A stretch of DNA of 64,000 bases from an uncultured Planctomycetaceae bacterium (GTDB taxonomy: Bacteria; Planctomycetota; Planctomycetia; Isosphaerales; Isosphaeraceae), in assembly GCA_963833985.1 (NCBI GenBank), contig CAWIAD010000001.1, forward strand, positions 3,447,122 to 3,511,121, in the 5' to 3' direction. Of the stretch, positions 22,555-34,578 are shown piece after piece. The position numbers were made by a program, and so were the translations under genes. The notes under the pieces are model-generated. The model was not told the origin of the DNA. It did not search any database and saw only the letters and a list, made by a program, of their open reading frames with translations. Each line of letters begins with the position of its first letter. Position 1 is the first letter of the stretch.

Positions 22555-23826
22555 ATGGCGATCAGAGCCCCGGCCAATCAGGCGCCAGCCATTGCGCTCG
22601 ATAGCGCCGCCTCGGCGATCGCCAGCGCCCGCCGCGCCGTCCTCGCCGATCGCTACGCCGCGAATTCATTTTCCGTCGAATGGCGGGATCTGGCGCAACT
22701 GACGCCGATCGTCGACGAGTGGCGCACCCTTGCGACCCGCGCGCTCCAGCCGAATGTTTTCTACGAGCCGGCCTTTGCGCTCGCTGCAGCGCCGGTGTTC
22801 GGGCGCGGTGCCGGCGCGATGCTGGTCTGGTCGGGAACCGAACCGCGCCGGCTCCTTGGCTTCTTTCCTGCGCGCGTCGAAAAGCGGCGTTACGGCGTCA
22901 ACCTGCCGGTCCTTGTCGGCTGGACGCATCCCTACGCGCCGTTCGGCGTGCCATTGGTCGAGCGCGAGGCTGCCGAGCCGATCACGGCTGCCTGGCTGGC
23001 GCACCTCGCCGCCGATGCAACGCTGCCGGGATTGCTGCTGCTGCCCTATCTGCCGGTCGACAGTCCATTCGCCTCGGCGCTTGAGGCAATCGGCAGGCGC
23101 GCGCAGATGCCGACCGCCGATTTCGATCGCCATGAGCGGGCTCAGCTGGCGCCGAGCCGCGAACGGTCGCATTACGTCGAGCAGGCGCTTAGCAAGCACC
23201 ACCATAAAGAGTTGCGCCGGTGCTGGCGGCGTTTGAGCGAGACCGGCGCCGTGTTGCTTACCACTGCGACCGAGCCCGCAGCCGTGGCCGCCGCGATTGA
23301 GGACTTCTTGACCCTCGAAGCGAGCGGCTGGAAGGGCAGGGCTGGCACTGCCGCGGCCGGCCGCCCGGATCTTAACAGCTTCATGCGCGCGGCAGTCGGT
23401 AGTCTCGCCGCGGAAGGCAAGGTGTCGATTGACTGCATGCGGGTCGATGGACGCGCGATTGCAACGACGATCATTCTGCGTTCAGGGTCTTGCGCCTGGT
23501 TCTGGAAGATCGCGTACGATGAGGCATTTGCCCGTTTCTCGCCGGGCGTCATCCTCAGTGCCGTGATCACCGACGAACTCGCCGACGACGCAACCATCGT
23601 GCGCACGGACTCCTGCGCCACCGCCAATCACCCGATGATCGATCGTCTCTGGCGCGAACGGCTGGCGCTGTGCAATCGCCTGATCGCTGTCCGCCCGCAA
23701 GCGCCGTTCTCGCTCGCCCGTGGTCTGGAAGGGCTGCGCTCGGCCGCCATTGCCGCCGCCAGGAACGTTCGCGAACGAATTCGCCCCCGAAAGCGCCGCA
23801 ACGATCGGCCAGCGACCATTCATTAA
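22555..23826 (+). CDS. GNAT acetyltransferase (CelD/BcsL-like)
   Basis: PNVFYEP, LEASGWKG, KIAYDE..ARFSPG. Confidence 0.85.
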   Translation: MAIRAPANQAPAIALDSAASAIASARRAVLADRYAANSFSVEWRDLAQLTPIVDEWRTLATRALQPNVFYEPAFALAAAPVFGRGAGAMLVWSGTEPRRLLGFFPARVEKRRYGVNLPVLVGWTHPYAPFGVPLVEREAAEPITAAWLAHLAADATLPGLLLLPYLPVDSPFASALEAIGRRAQMPTADFDRHERAQLAPSRERSHYVEQALSKHHHKELRRCWRRLSETGAVLLTTATEPAAVAAAIEDFLTLEASGWKGRAGTAAAGRPDLNSFMRAAVGSLAAEGKVSIDCMRVDGRAIATTIILRSGSCAWFWKIAYDEAFARFSPGVILSAVITDELADDATIVRTDSCATANHPMIDRLWRERLALCNRLIAVRPQAPFSLARGLEGLRSAAIAAARNVRERIRPRKRRNDRPATIH

Positions 23827-23882
23827 CCGTAAAACAACCCTTCAACGATTAACATCAGTTAGCTCATCCGGACGCGCATGCC

Positions 23883-25358
23883 ATGTTTCGCGGTCATACC
23901 CTGACCAAGACCATTCGCCAGTGGGGCCTCATCGTTTGGACCGGCGTTGGCGGCTTCGCCGTCGGCATCGCCGGCTTCGCATTCTTCGGCCTCGACGGAA
24001 TCTTAAGCGCGCTGAACGCGCTACCCGCTGTCGTGGCTGGCATCATCCTGTCCGGTCTTCTTGCGATTGCCACGCTCGCCATCGGCGCGCTGTTTGCACT
24101 TTCGCGCGAACGCTGGCGCAATCGGATGTCGAGGATCGCGCTCAATAACATGACGCAAGGCCTGTGCATGTTCGACAGGTCGGCGCATCTTGTTCTCTGC
24201 AACATGCGTTACATCGAAATGCACCACTTGCGGCGCGAGCAATTGCGGGGCGGCATGCCGCTGCGCGAGATGCTGGTTCTCCGCAGCCACCAGGGTACGT
24301 TCTCCGGCGATCCGGACAGCTACGCCGAAAGTTGCCTCAGGGAGGCCGCCGAAGGCCGCACCGGAACGAAAACGATCAGGTTCGACGACGGGCGCATTAT
24401 CGCGTTGGCCCAGCGGCCGCTGCGGGGCGGCGGTTGGGTAACGACGCACACCGACATCACCGAAAAACTCGCAGCCGAGGAGGAGCGCGATACGCTCCGC
24501 ATACGCGAGGAGCGCCGCATAGCGATCGACGCGGATATCGCTTCCTTCCGCGGCCGGGTCGAGAACGTCATCAAGGTCGTCGGACAAAGCGCGGCTGCGA
24601 TGAAGGCGGCAGCCAAAAGTCTGCTGACGACGTCGGACCATACGCTGCACCGCGCCGAAGGCGCCGTGCACGGATCGAATAACGCCTCCGCCAATGTCGA
24701 GACGGCGGCGGCAGCCGCCGAGGAATTGTCCGCTTCGATCAAGGAGATCAGCCGTCGCCTGGCGCAGACAAACCAGATCGTGCGCGGCGCCGCCGCCGAT
24801 GCCACCGCGACCAACGACGACATCACCGCACTGGCCAAGGTCGCACAGCGGATCGGCGACGTGGTCAAACTCATTCAGGATATCGCCGAGCAGACGAATC
24901 TTCTGGCGCTCAATGCGACGATCGAGGCGGCGCGCGCCGGCGACGCCGGGCGCGGCTTCGCCGTGGTCGCGTCGGAGGTGAAGTCGCTCGCCGTCCAGAC
25001 GGCGAAGGCGACCGAGGAAATCACCAAGGAGATCCTGTCGGTTCAGAGCTCGACCGGCGATGCCGTCACTGCGATCCGCGCGATCACGGAGCGGATGCAG
25101 GAAATCAACGCCCACACGTCGGAAGTCGTCGGCGCCATCGCGCAGCAGGAAGTGGCGACCGGAGAAATTTCACGCAATGTGGCGAGCGCGGCCATCGGCA
25201 GCAAAAACGTCGTCGCGACGCTCGGCGAGGTCGCAAGCGGGATGACGCAAACGCGCAGCTCGGCGCAGACTGTGCTGGCGGCTTCGGAAGAAGTCGAGAA
25301 CGCTACCGTCAGGCTGCGCGGCGAGGTCGAGGATTTCCTCCGCACCGTGACGGCTTAG
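23883..25358 (+). CDS. methyl-accepting chemotaxis protein with PAS domain
   Basis: two TM helices, [36 protein letters not shown]. Confidence 0.93.
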   Translation: MFRGHTLTKTIRQWGLIVWTGVGGFAVGIAGFAFFGLDGILSALNALPAVVAGIILSGLLAIATLAIGALFALSRERWRNRMSRIALNNMTQGLCMFDRSAHLVLCNMRYIEMHHLRREQLRGGMPLREMLVLRSHQGTFSGDPDSYAESCLREAAEGRTGTKTIRFDDGRIIALAQRPLRGGGWVTTHTDITEKLAAEEERDTLRIREERRIAIDADIASFRGRVENVIKVVGQSAAAMKAAAKSLLTTSDHTLHRAEGAVHGSNNASANVETAAAAAEELSASIKEISRRLAQTNQIVRGAAADATATNDDITALAKVAQRIGDVVKLIQDIAEQTNLLALNATIEAARAGDAGRGFAVVASEVKSLAVQTAKATEEITKEILSVQSSTGDAVTAIRAITERMQEINAHTSEVVGAIAQQEVATGEISRNVASAAIGSKNVVATLGEVASGMTQTRSSAQTVLAASEEVENATVRLRGEVEDFLRTVTA

Positions 25359-25497
25359 AGCATGATCCGGAAAGGGGTGGGGAGTCCGCTTTCCGAAAAT
25401 GATCATGCTCCGTCAAGAAGCTTGAGCGCCAATCGCTTCAATCTAAGACAATGATGCTCAAGGCGCGCCTTCCTCCCGCGAACGTTCCAAAAGAAGC

Positions 25498-27298
25498 TCA
25501 GCGGCCTGCCGCATAACCCTGCATGCCGCGCGGATTGGCGGCGGCGCGGCGGCGTTTGCCGTCTCGGACCGCGGCCGTAAGCCGGCCTTCCGACCAGTCC
25601 GGACCGACTTCAACGATGTGGCCGCGGCGCTTGAGTTCGGCGATGGTTTCTCGCGGCTATGCGGCCCTCGACGACCAGCACGCCTGGCCGCGCCGCGCGT
25701 GGCCAGAACGACGAAGGGAAATGCTCGGAATGCCAGGCGGGTGCGTCGATCGCCTCCTGAAGGTTAAAGCCGGCATGGACGTGACGCAGGAAAAGCTGGG
25801 TGATCCACTGGTCTTGCTGGTCGCCGCCCGGCGTGCCGCAGGCGAGGTAAGGTTCTCCGTCGCGCAGCGCGAGCGTCGGCGTGAGCGTGGTGCGCGGCCG
25901 TTTGCCTGGCGCGAGCGCGGCGGGATGACCTTCTTCGAGCCAGAACATTTGCGCGCGCGTGCCGAGGCAGAAGCCGAGTTCGGGAATGACCGGCGACGAT
26001 TGCAGCCAGCCGCCCGAAGGCGTGGCCGAGACCATGTTGCCGGCTTGATCGACGATGTCGAAATGCACGGTGTCGCCGCGCGTGCCGCCGAGCCTGCCGA
26101 CGGTTGGTTCGCCCGCTCCGGCGGCGGTGCCCGTACCTGGCGCGCCTTGGCGCGGCAGCTTGATCAGTGAGCCAAAGCCCTCGATCGATCCAGGACGTAG
26201 TTGCAGCGAAGCGGAGTCGCCGACGAGTCCGCGGCGCTCGGAATTGTAGGCGTCGGAGAGGAGCGTCGCGGTCGGCACCGCGACGAAGTCCGGATCACCA
26301 TAGAACGCCTCACGGTCGGCAAAGGCGAGCTTTGCGCACTCGACCTGCAAATGGATGAAGTCGGCGCCGGTGGGGTCGAGATGGCCGATCTCGAAACCTT
26401 TGAGCAGTGCAAGTTGCTGCAACATCACCGGGCCTTGGCCCCACGGCCCGGTCTTGCAGACCGTGTAGCGCCCGTAATCGTAGCTCAGCGGCGCTTCGAC
26501 GCTTGGCGTCCAGCCTGCCATGTCGTCGGCGGCGAGCACGCCGCGGTGGCGTCTTCCGCTCGCGTCCATCACCTCTTGCGTGCGGCAGAAACGATCGATC
26601 GCCTCGGCGACGAAGCCCCGCGACCAGGTTTTTCGTGCCTGTTCGATTTGCGCGATCCGATCGCCGCCGGCGCCTTCGGCTTCCGCGAGGATGCGGAGAT
26701 AGGTCGACGCCAGCGCCTTGTTGGCGAACAGCGTTCCCGTCGCCGGTACGGCCCCGTTCGGCAGATACACCGCCGCCGACGACGGCCAATGCTCGCGGAA
26801 AAGTTCCGCGACCGCCGCGATGGTGGCATTGGCGCGCTCAACCAGTGGATGGCCATTTTGCGCATATTCGATTGCTGGCGAGATGACCTCGCGTAACGGC
26901 ATGGTGCCGTAGTCGCGCAGCAGCAGCATCCAGGTCTCGAAGGTTCCGGGTACGCAGGCGGCGAGCAGGCCGGTGCCGGGCACGAGGTCGAGCCCTTCGC
27001 TGCGGTAATGCGCGATGGTCGCGCCGGCCGGCGCCGGTCCCTGGCCGCAGATCACTTCCGGCTTGCCGCGCCGCACGTCATGAACGATGACCGGCACATC
27101 GCCGCCCGGGCCGTTGAGATGCGGTTCGACGACCTGAAGCGTGAATGCGGTGGCGACGGCGGCGTCGAACGCGTTGCCGCCTTTCTCCAGCGCCGCCATG
27201 CCGACGGCCGTCGCGATCCAGTGCGTCGAAGCGACGACACCGAACGTGCCTTCGATTTCCGGACGCGTGGTGAACGGGTTGGGGTTGATGACGCTCAT
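25498..27298 (-). CDS. gamma-glutamyltransferase family protein (frameshift near 25655)
   Basis: GGNAFDAAVA, DTVHFDIVD nucleophile region, TPGGDQQDQW, ANPRGMQGYAAGR end. Confidence 0.92.
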
Positions 27299-27347
27299 TC
27301 GGGCGGCAAAATAACACGCCGCCCGCTTGCTGCCATCAGAACGCTCT

Positions 27348-27851
27348 TTAGCTTGCGCCGGGAGCGGTCGGCACGAACTTCAACGCCGCACCATTCATGC
27401 AATAGCGCAGGCCGGTAGGCTTCGGGCCATCATTGAAGACGTGTCCCAGATGTCCGCCGCAGCGGTGGCACGAGACTGCCGTCCGCGTCATGCCGAACGA
27501 GGTGTCCCGCGTTTCGTCGACTGCTTTATCGAGCGGCGCCCAAAAGCTCGGCCAGCCGGTGCCGCTGTCATACTTGGTCTTCGATGCGTAGAGTGGCAAG
27601 TCGCAGCCGCCGCAGGTGAACGTGCCGGCGCGGTGCTCGTCGAGGAGTTTACTGGTGAACGGCCGCTCGGTCCCTTCGTGGCGGAGCACCTCGTAGGCAT
27701 CGGGGCTGAGAAGTTTCTTCCATTCCTCGTCGGTGTGCGTGACCTCGTAATTCGTTGCGGCCTTGGCGGCATGCGCAAAGGTGAAGCGGCTTAGAACGAG
27801 CGCCGCCAATCCGGCCGCGCCCGCAAAGAGTGCATGTCTGCGTGTGAGCAT
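27348..27851 (-). CDS. msrB: peptide methionine-R-sulfoxide reductase with Tat signal
   Basis: TRRHALF twin-arginine motif, GTERPF, SGTGWPSF, HLGHVFNDGP..RYCMNG. Confidence 0.93.
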   Translation of the reverse strand: MLTRRHALFAGAAGLAALVLSRFTFAHAAKAATNYEVTHTDEEWKKLLSPDAYEVLRHEGTERPFTSKLLDEHRAGTFTCGGCDLPLYASKTKYDSGTGWPSFWAPLDKAVDETRDTSFGMTRTAVSCHRCGGHLGHVFNDGPKPTGLRYCMNGAALKFVPTAPGAS

Positions 27852-28039
27852 TTGCTGTCCTCCACGAGCATGATCCCTGGACGCGGAGATCATGTTCCAG
27901 CTGCAAATCACTATGCCGGTCTATAACGGAGGTCACACTGGCCGTCACGACGGGAAGCGGTCACGAACGCGGCAACACTTGGTGAAGTGTGCGTTCCCCG
28001 CGATGACGGAATGGGGAGCCGAAGGGCCTCATAGGCGCC

Positions 28040-28549
28040 TTAAATCTTGCGGCTGTCATAGGCCCAATGAAGCAGCGCCTGGCGTTGGCGCGGCCGACAG
28101 GTAACGTCACCGGGCTCGCAATGGCGCTGAATTTGCCGCACATGGCGGCGAATGGCCTTCCAGCGCTTGATCTGCCGAGCGTCTTCGTCGGGGATCCGGC
28201 GGCCCGCATAGTAGCGGCAATACCACTGAAACCAGCCGCGCGGATCGTCCGGATGAATCCACCCCTTTTTGCGCCAGACTGACAAAGGCTGGCTGGCGTC
28301 GACGCCAAAGTAGTTCAGCGAGCGGTCACGGCTTTTCTTGGCGAGCTTCGCGCTGCCGAACCAGCGGCGCGGAAACTCCTCGGCGCAGTCGGTCATATAC
28401 TTGCCGCCGAACACGCCTAGTCGCAGCATTTCCGCCGGAGTTAATTCCGGGCGGAAGTCGGGATCGAAATCACGCCCGGGCGGTGCCGTCAGGATGTAGC
28501 GATAGCCGCGCTGCATCTTGTCGTTCACCGTGACGGTTTTGGCTCGCAT
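28040..28549 (-). CDS. conserved hypothetical protein
   Basis: LTPAEMLRLGVFGGKY, DPRGWFQWYCRYY.GRR, RQALLHWAYD. Confidence 0.8.
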   Translation of the reverse strand: MRAKTVTVNDKMQRGYRYILTAPPGRDFDPDFRPELTPAEMLRLGVFGGKYMTDCAEEFPRRWFGSAKLAKKSRDRSLNYFGVDASQPLSVWRKKGWIHPDDPRGWFQWYCRYYAGRRIPDEDARQIKRWKAIRRHVRQIQRHCEPGDVTCRPRQRQALLHWAYDSRKI

Positions 28550-28625
28550 GAAATTATTCTGCGAAATTTATCCGGCATTTTCTTGCTGCGAATCTCCCGT
28601 TTCGTCGCAAAATATTCCACGCACG

Positions 28626-28653
28626 AAAAAAACCGGGCCTCAAGCGGGCCCGG
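28626..28653 (-). terminator. Rho-independent terminator of the sRNA
   Basis: CCGGGCC-cgcttga-GGCCCGG followed by TTTTTTT on the minus strand. Confidence 0.85.
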
Positions 28654-28764
28654 TTCTCAAGTTCGCCAGCGTGGGGGCGCCGGCATTCACCTTCCAGAGG
28701 GAAGAACTGCATGAATGCGGTTGTTGATCTGGGAGGATCCGAGGCAACCGCGCCGCGCAGCAAT
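28626..28764 (-). ncRNA. AbcR/alpha-r15-like small RNA
   Basis: anti-SD motifs CCUCCCAG and UUCUUCCCUCUGGAAGG, Rho-independent terminator with U7, located directly downstream of an LsrB/VtlR-like LysR gene. Confidence 0.75.
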
Positions 28765-28770
28765 TTTGCA

Positions 28771-28825
28771 AATATGCAAAGAGCTTCCGCACCGCACAAT
28801 ATGGCGATGCACATGCCAGCCATGC
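28771..28825 (-). promoter_or_regulatory. sRNA promoter with LsrB-type box
   Basis: GCAT-ggc-TG-gca-T (28825-28813); TTGTGC-N17-CATATT. Confidence 0.65.
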
Positions 28826-28869
28826 AATACGTCATTGCGCGTAGCGAGATGCGCCGCGGCTGCGGAACT

Positions 28870-29760
28870 CTAGTGGTTCCAGCGTTGCGCGTTGGCGACG
28901 AGAAAATCCCGAAACGCCTGGACGCGCGCGACGGATTTAAGCTCTTCCGGATAGACGAAGTAGGCATCGAGCGCGATCGGATCGCTGTCGGAAAAAAGTT
29001 GCACGAGACCGCCGTCGCCCTCGACCAGGTAATCCGGCAGCATGGCGATGCCGAGGCCGCGCTGACAAGCGCGCAATATGCCGAGAATATTGTTGATGAC
29101 GAGATGCGGCGTGCGCGGTCCCTTGCCGTTGCGCGCCACTTCGGTGAGGTAGAGCGAGCGCTGCAGATAGTTCGGAACATTGCCGCCCAGCATAAGCACG
29201 CGATGACTGTCGAGGTCTTCGAAGGTGCGCGGCGTGCCGAAGCGTTTGAGATATTCCGGTGACGCATAGACGTGAAAGTGCACGGAAAACAGCTTGCGCT
29301 GGATCAAGTCAGGTTGCGTCGGCTGGCGCAGCCGAATAGCGACATCCGCCTCGCGCATGGCGAGGTCCAACTCCTCTTCCGTCGTCAACAACGTGATGTG
29401 GACTTCAGGATAAATTTCGAGAAACTCCCCGAGCCGCGGCGTCAGCCAATGCACGCCGATGCCCGGCGTCGTCGTCACCTTGAGGTCGCCGTTCGGCCGG
29501 TCGCGGCTGTCGGTCAGCTTCGCGCGGGCAGCCTCAAGCTTCATGAACACGTCGTGGGCGGTGCGAAACAGCAGATCGCCTTGCTCCGTCAGGAGCAGGC
29601 CGCGCGCATGCCGGTGGAACAGCGATACCGCAAGTTCCTGCTCAAGCGCGCTTACCTGCCGCGAGACCGCCGATTGCGACAGCCCGAGCTGCTCGCCGGC
29701 ATGGGTAAAGCTGCCGGCTTCGGCGGCGGCGTGAAACACTTTGAGTTTGTCCCAATCCAT
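28870..29760 (-). CDS. LysR regulator, LsrB/VtlR-like
   Basis: MDWDKLKVFHAAAEAGSFTHAGEQLGLSQSAVSRQ; downstream of trxB. Confidence 0.92.
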   Translation of the reverse strand: MDWDKLKVFHAAAEAGSFTHAGEQLGLSQSAVSRQVSALEQELAVSLFHRHARGLLLTEQGDLLFRTAHDVFMKLEAARAKLTDSRDRPNGDLKVTTTPGIGVHWLTPRLGEFLEIYPEVHITLLTTEEELDLAMREADVAIRLRQPTQPDLIQRKLFSVHFHVYASPEYLKRFGTPRTFEDLDSHRVLMLGGNVPNYLQRSLYLTEVARNGKGPRTPHLVINNILGILRACQRGLGIAMLPDYLVEGDGGLVQLFSDSDPIALDAYFVYPEELKSVARVQAFRDFLVANAQRWNH

Positions 29761-29802
29761 ATTCGAACTTTCTGCCGCTCGGTAATCCAGGAGAGGCGAA
29801 AA

Positions 29803-30775
<973 letters not shown>

Positions 30776-31013
30776 CGGCTTATCCGTCCGTTGAGGCAGG
30801 CCTTTGAGGCGTAGGTGGCCTGACCGGAAGCCCCGTGAAGTCGGCTAAAATAGCCCTGGCCAGCCACGCCCCGAACCCGAGAGCCCAGCATCGACAAGGC
30901 TTTGTAGTCAAAAATGTAGGGATTCTTGGCAGCTATGCAAGATACGCAATCCCGGAGTGCAGCCGTCTACTTGCGTGGGGGTTGGCAGGCTCGCCCGAAG
31001 GTCGTTTCAGCAC

Positions 31014-31044
31014 AAAAAAACGCCGCGGGAGTGATCCCGCGGCG
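31014..31044 (-). terminator. Rho-independent terminator after the molybdoenzyme operon
   Basis: CGCCGCGGGA-tcac-TCCCGCGGCG-TTTTTTT. Confidence 0.8.
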
Positions 31045-31077
31045 GGAATTGGCGACGCAAAAGCCTGGCGGTGAAGG

Positions 31078-33296
31078 CTATCCTAGCGACTGCTTCACCC
31101 GGTCCGGCGACATCGGCAGGTCACGGAGCCGCTTGCCGGTCAGCTGTCCAATCGCGTTGGCGACGGCCGGGGCGACTGTCGGCACCGCGACTTCGCCGAT
31201 GCCGGTCGGGGCGGCGTCGGAGGCCACGATCTTGGTGTGGATCTCCGGCATGTCAGCCATGCGCAGGACTGGATAGCTGTCGAAGTTCGTAGCCTGCGGC
31301 GCGCCGTCCTTGAACCGCAATTCCTCGATCAGCGCGGCGCTCAATCCAAACACCATGCCGCTTTCGAGCTGAGCGTGGATTTGGTTCGGTTGTACGACGA
31401 CGCCCGGATCGACCGCCATCCAGAGATTGTGGACGCGGATCTTCCCAGTTTGCTTGTCCACCGAGGCTTCAGCGACGCAGGCGGTGTAAGTGCCATCATA
31501 ATTGCAGAATGCAATGCCCTTGCCGCGGTCAGGTTGCTTCTTGGCGAAATCGGACATCTCCGCCACGGCTTTGATCACGGCGTTGGCGCGCGGGTGATTC
31601 TTGGTCAGCTCCAGACGCAGCGACAGCGGATCGCGTCCCATGGCCTGTGCGACTTCGTCGAGGAAGGCTTCGGCGGCAAACTTGTTGTAGCCGGTGCCGA
31701 TGGCCCGCCAAGGCCACACGCGCATACCGTTTTGTTTGCGAACGCCTTCGGCAAGAACACTCAGAATATCATAGGACGCCGGCTCCATACCCTCCCAGCC
31801 GATGATATCGTCGCCGCCGCTGTTTGCGAACGCCGGTGGATTAGCGATGGCGTCAACATTCTCGGCAACCAGCCGATGATACCAGGCGATCAGATTGTTG
31901 CTGCCGTCGAGACCCGCCTTGAGCGCATGATACGTCATGGGTCGCGTACGCGCCGCCGCCAAATCATCTTCGCGCGTCAAGATCAGCTTCACCGGCTTTT
32001 TCACGATGCTGGCGAGTATCACCGCTTGGATGGCGATGTCGGGCGCCAGTCGCCGGCCGTAGCCGCCGCCGAGAAACTTCTGGTGCACGACAATCTTGTC
32101 CGGCGTGGTCTTAAGAATACCGGAGACGATGAAGGAGATGAGCGCGGCGAACTGCGTCCCTGTCCAGATTTCCGCCGACTTGCCGTCTTCGGCCACTACC
32201 GCGACCGCATTCATCGGCTCCATCTGGGCATGATAGACGTACTGGGACGAATAGTTGGCTTCCACCACCTTTGTGCCAAGAAAATCTCCTTCGTTGGCCC
32301 AATCTTGTAGGCGACACGCGTCGGCGCCTTGGGGTCCTTGGCGGTGCTGGCATAGTCCTCCATGGCTTTGGCGGAGTCGAAGCCGTTTGCCGGGCTTCCC
32401 GCCATGTCCCAAGTCACTTTCAAAGCGTTGCGGCCGGCCCGCGTCGCCTCCACGCTGCCGCCGATGACGGCGACGCCAAAGGGGAGCGGAATGACCGCCG
32501 CGATGTCTTTCATCTTGGCGACATCGTCAAGGTTGCTGACCGCCGCCTTGGCGCCTTCAGCCGGCGCTTGCAGCACGGAGGCATAGACCGTGCCTGGAAC
32601 GTCAACGACGTCGATTCCATACTGGGCACTGCCATTGACCTTGGCGGGAAGGTCGAGCCGACGGACATCGGTGTGGCCGATCAGCTTGAATTGCGATGGC
32701 TTCTTGAGATCAGCGGCAGTGATCTTCGGCAGCTCTGCAGGAACCGTGGCGAATTTCGCAATATCGCCGTAGCTGATGCGCTTGCCGGACTTTGCGTGAA
32801 TGACGAAGCCGTCTGCAGTCGTAAGCTCGGCAGCCGGGACTTTCCATTGCGCCGCCGCATTGTCGATCAGAACCTTGCGCGCTTGCGCGCCGGCGATGCG
32901 CAGTGAATCGAAATAGCCGGAGACCGAGGTGCTGTAGGCGGTGACCTGCGCGCCGTGAAACACCGGATGCGGATTTCCGTAGATCGGGGGAATTGGCGGA
33001 GCGTATTCGACCTTCACTTTCGACCAATCGGCGTCGAGTTCCTCGGCCAGCACCAGCGGTAGCGAAGTCCACACCCCCTGGCCCATTTCAGCGGACGGGC
33101 AGAGCAGCGTCACGGTGTTGTCCGTCCCAATGGTGACCCAGGCATTGAGCTTGCTGGCGTCGGCGGCCAACGCTCGCGCGCTCCGACCGAGAAGGCCGCC
33201 ACCCAGCGAAAAGGCGAAGGTCAAGCCGGCGGCACCTTTGACAAAGTCCCGACGATCCATCGGATTCTCGAGTCTGTGATTGGTCTGCGCGGTCAT
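31078..33296 (-). CDS. xanthine-dehydrogenase-family molybdopterin subunit (IorB-like), Tat signal, frameshift near 32300
   Basis: DRRDFVK, EMGQG, GGGYGRR, GIGEVAVP...VANA..LTGKRLR.LP. Confidence 0.9.
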
Positions 33297-33300
33297 GGCT

Positions 33301-33759
33301 TCAGCCCTCCTGCGCGGCGCGCTCAATGGCGCGAACAATGCGTGGATATGTGCCGCAGCGGCAGATGTTGCCGTTCATGTGTTCAACGATCTGCTCGCGC
33401 GTTGGAGTCTTGGTCTTCGCCAGCAGTCCGGCGGCCTGCATGATCTGCCCGGATTGGCAGTAACCGCATTGCGGCACCTGCTCGGCCAACCAGGCCTTCT
33501 GCAGCGGATGGCTCGAATCGGGCGACAGGCCCTCGATCGTCGTCACCTTCTTGTTGGCGACCTGCGAAAGCTGCGTCTGGCACGAGCGCACGGCCTTGCC
33601 GTCGACATGGACCGTGCAGGCGCCGCAAAGTCCGGCGCCGCAGCCGAATTTCGTACCGGTAAGTTTGAGATGTTCGCGAACGACCCAAAGAAGCGGCGTA
33701 TCGGCATCGGCCTCAACGCTCGCGGGTTTGCCATTGATCGTAAAGGCAACCGTCGTCAT
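33301..33759 (-). CDS. (2Fe-2S) subunit (IorA-like)
   Basis: [32 protein letters not shown]. Confidence 0.93.
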   Translation of the reverse strand: MTTVAFTINGKPASVEADADTPLLWVVREHLKLTGTKFGCGAGLCGACTVHVDGKAVRSCQTQLSQVANKKVTTIEGLSPDSSHPLQKAWLAEQVPQCGYCQSGQIMQAAGLLAKTKTPTREQIVEHMNGNICRCGTYPRIVRAIERAAQEG

Positions 33760-33984
33760 GAGTACCTCCCCTTCGTTCGGTGCTCGTGTGCGGATATGGC
33801 TTTGTTTTTTGTTGGTCCGCGCCTCCATCAACGGGCGCGGTTTCTCACGTCCGCATTTCGGACGTTCTCAATTCGTAGGCGAATTCTTAAAGCTGCACAA
33901 GCCGCGCGAACGCGACGCCGCACTTAGCCGCCGCCCGCGCGGCGTCGTCGCCCACCACGCTGTACTGGACGGGCGAAACGTGGG

Positions 33985-34458
33985 CTACTTCCACTCGACC
34001 TTGACGATCTCGTAGGCCTTGGCGCCACCGGGAGTGACGACCTCGACCTGGACGCCCTTCTTCTTGCCGACGAGAGCGCGGGCGAGAGGAGAAGTGATGG
34101 AAATCTTGCCCTTCTTGGCGTCTGCCTCGGGCTCGCCAACAAGCTGCCACACCGCCTTTTTGTCGGTGTCCTCGTCGATCAAGGTCACGGTGGCGCCGAA
34201 CGTGATTGTTTCACCGGACAGCTTCGATACGTCGATGATCTCGGCACGCGCCAGCTTGTCCTCCAGCTCGGCGATGCGGCCCTCATTGAGCGACTGCGAT
34301 TCCTTCGCGGCGTGATACTCGGCGTTCTCGGAAAGGTCGCCGTGCGTGCGCGCGTCAGTTATCTGCTGGATGATGCGGGGCCGTTCCACCTGCTGGCAAT
34401 GCTTGAGTTCGGTCTCAAGCGCGCTATAGCCCGCGGCCGTCATCGGAATCTTGTCCAT
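33985..34458 (-). CDS. greA: transcription elongation factor GreA
   Basis: [26 protein letters not shown]. Confidence 0.97.
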   Translation of the reverse strand: MDKIPMTAAGYSALETELKHCQQVERPRIIQQITDARTHGDLSENAEYHAAKESQSLNEGRIAELEDKLARAEIIDVSKLSGETITFGATVTLIDEDTDKKAVWQLVGEPEADAKKGKISITSPLARALVGKKKGVQVEVVTPGGAKAYEIVKVEWK

Positions 34459-34578
34459 CGTTCTCTATCTCCGTAGCTCGTAGAGACAAAGTTTAAGTCG
34501 CGGGCCGAAGCGTCTCCGGCCCCGCGGCTGAAATCCTGTCTCTACACGCGCCGTCGCTCTGGCCGGTCCGATCTTGGA

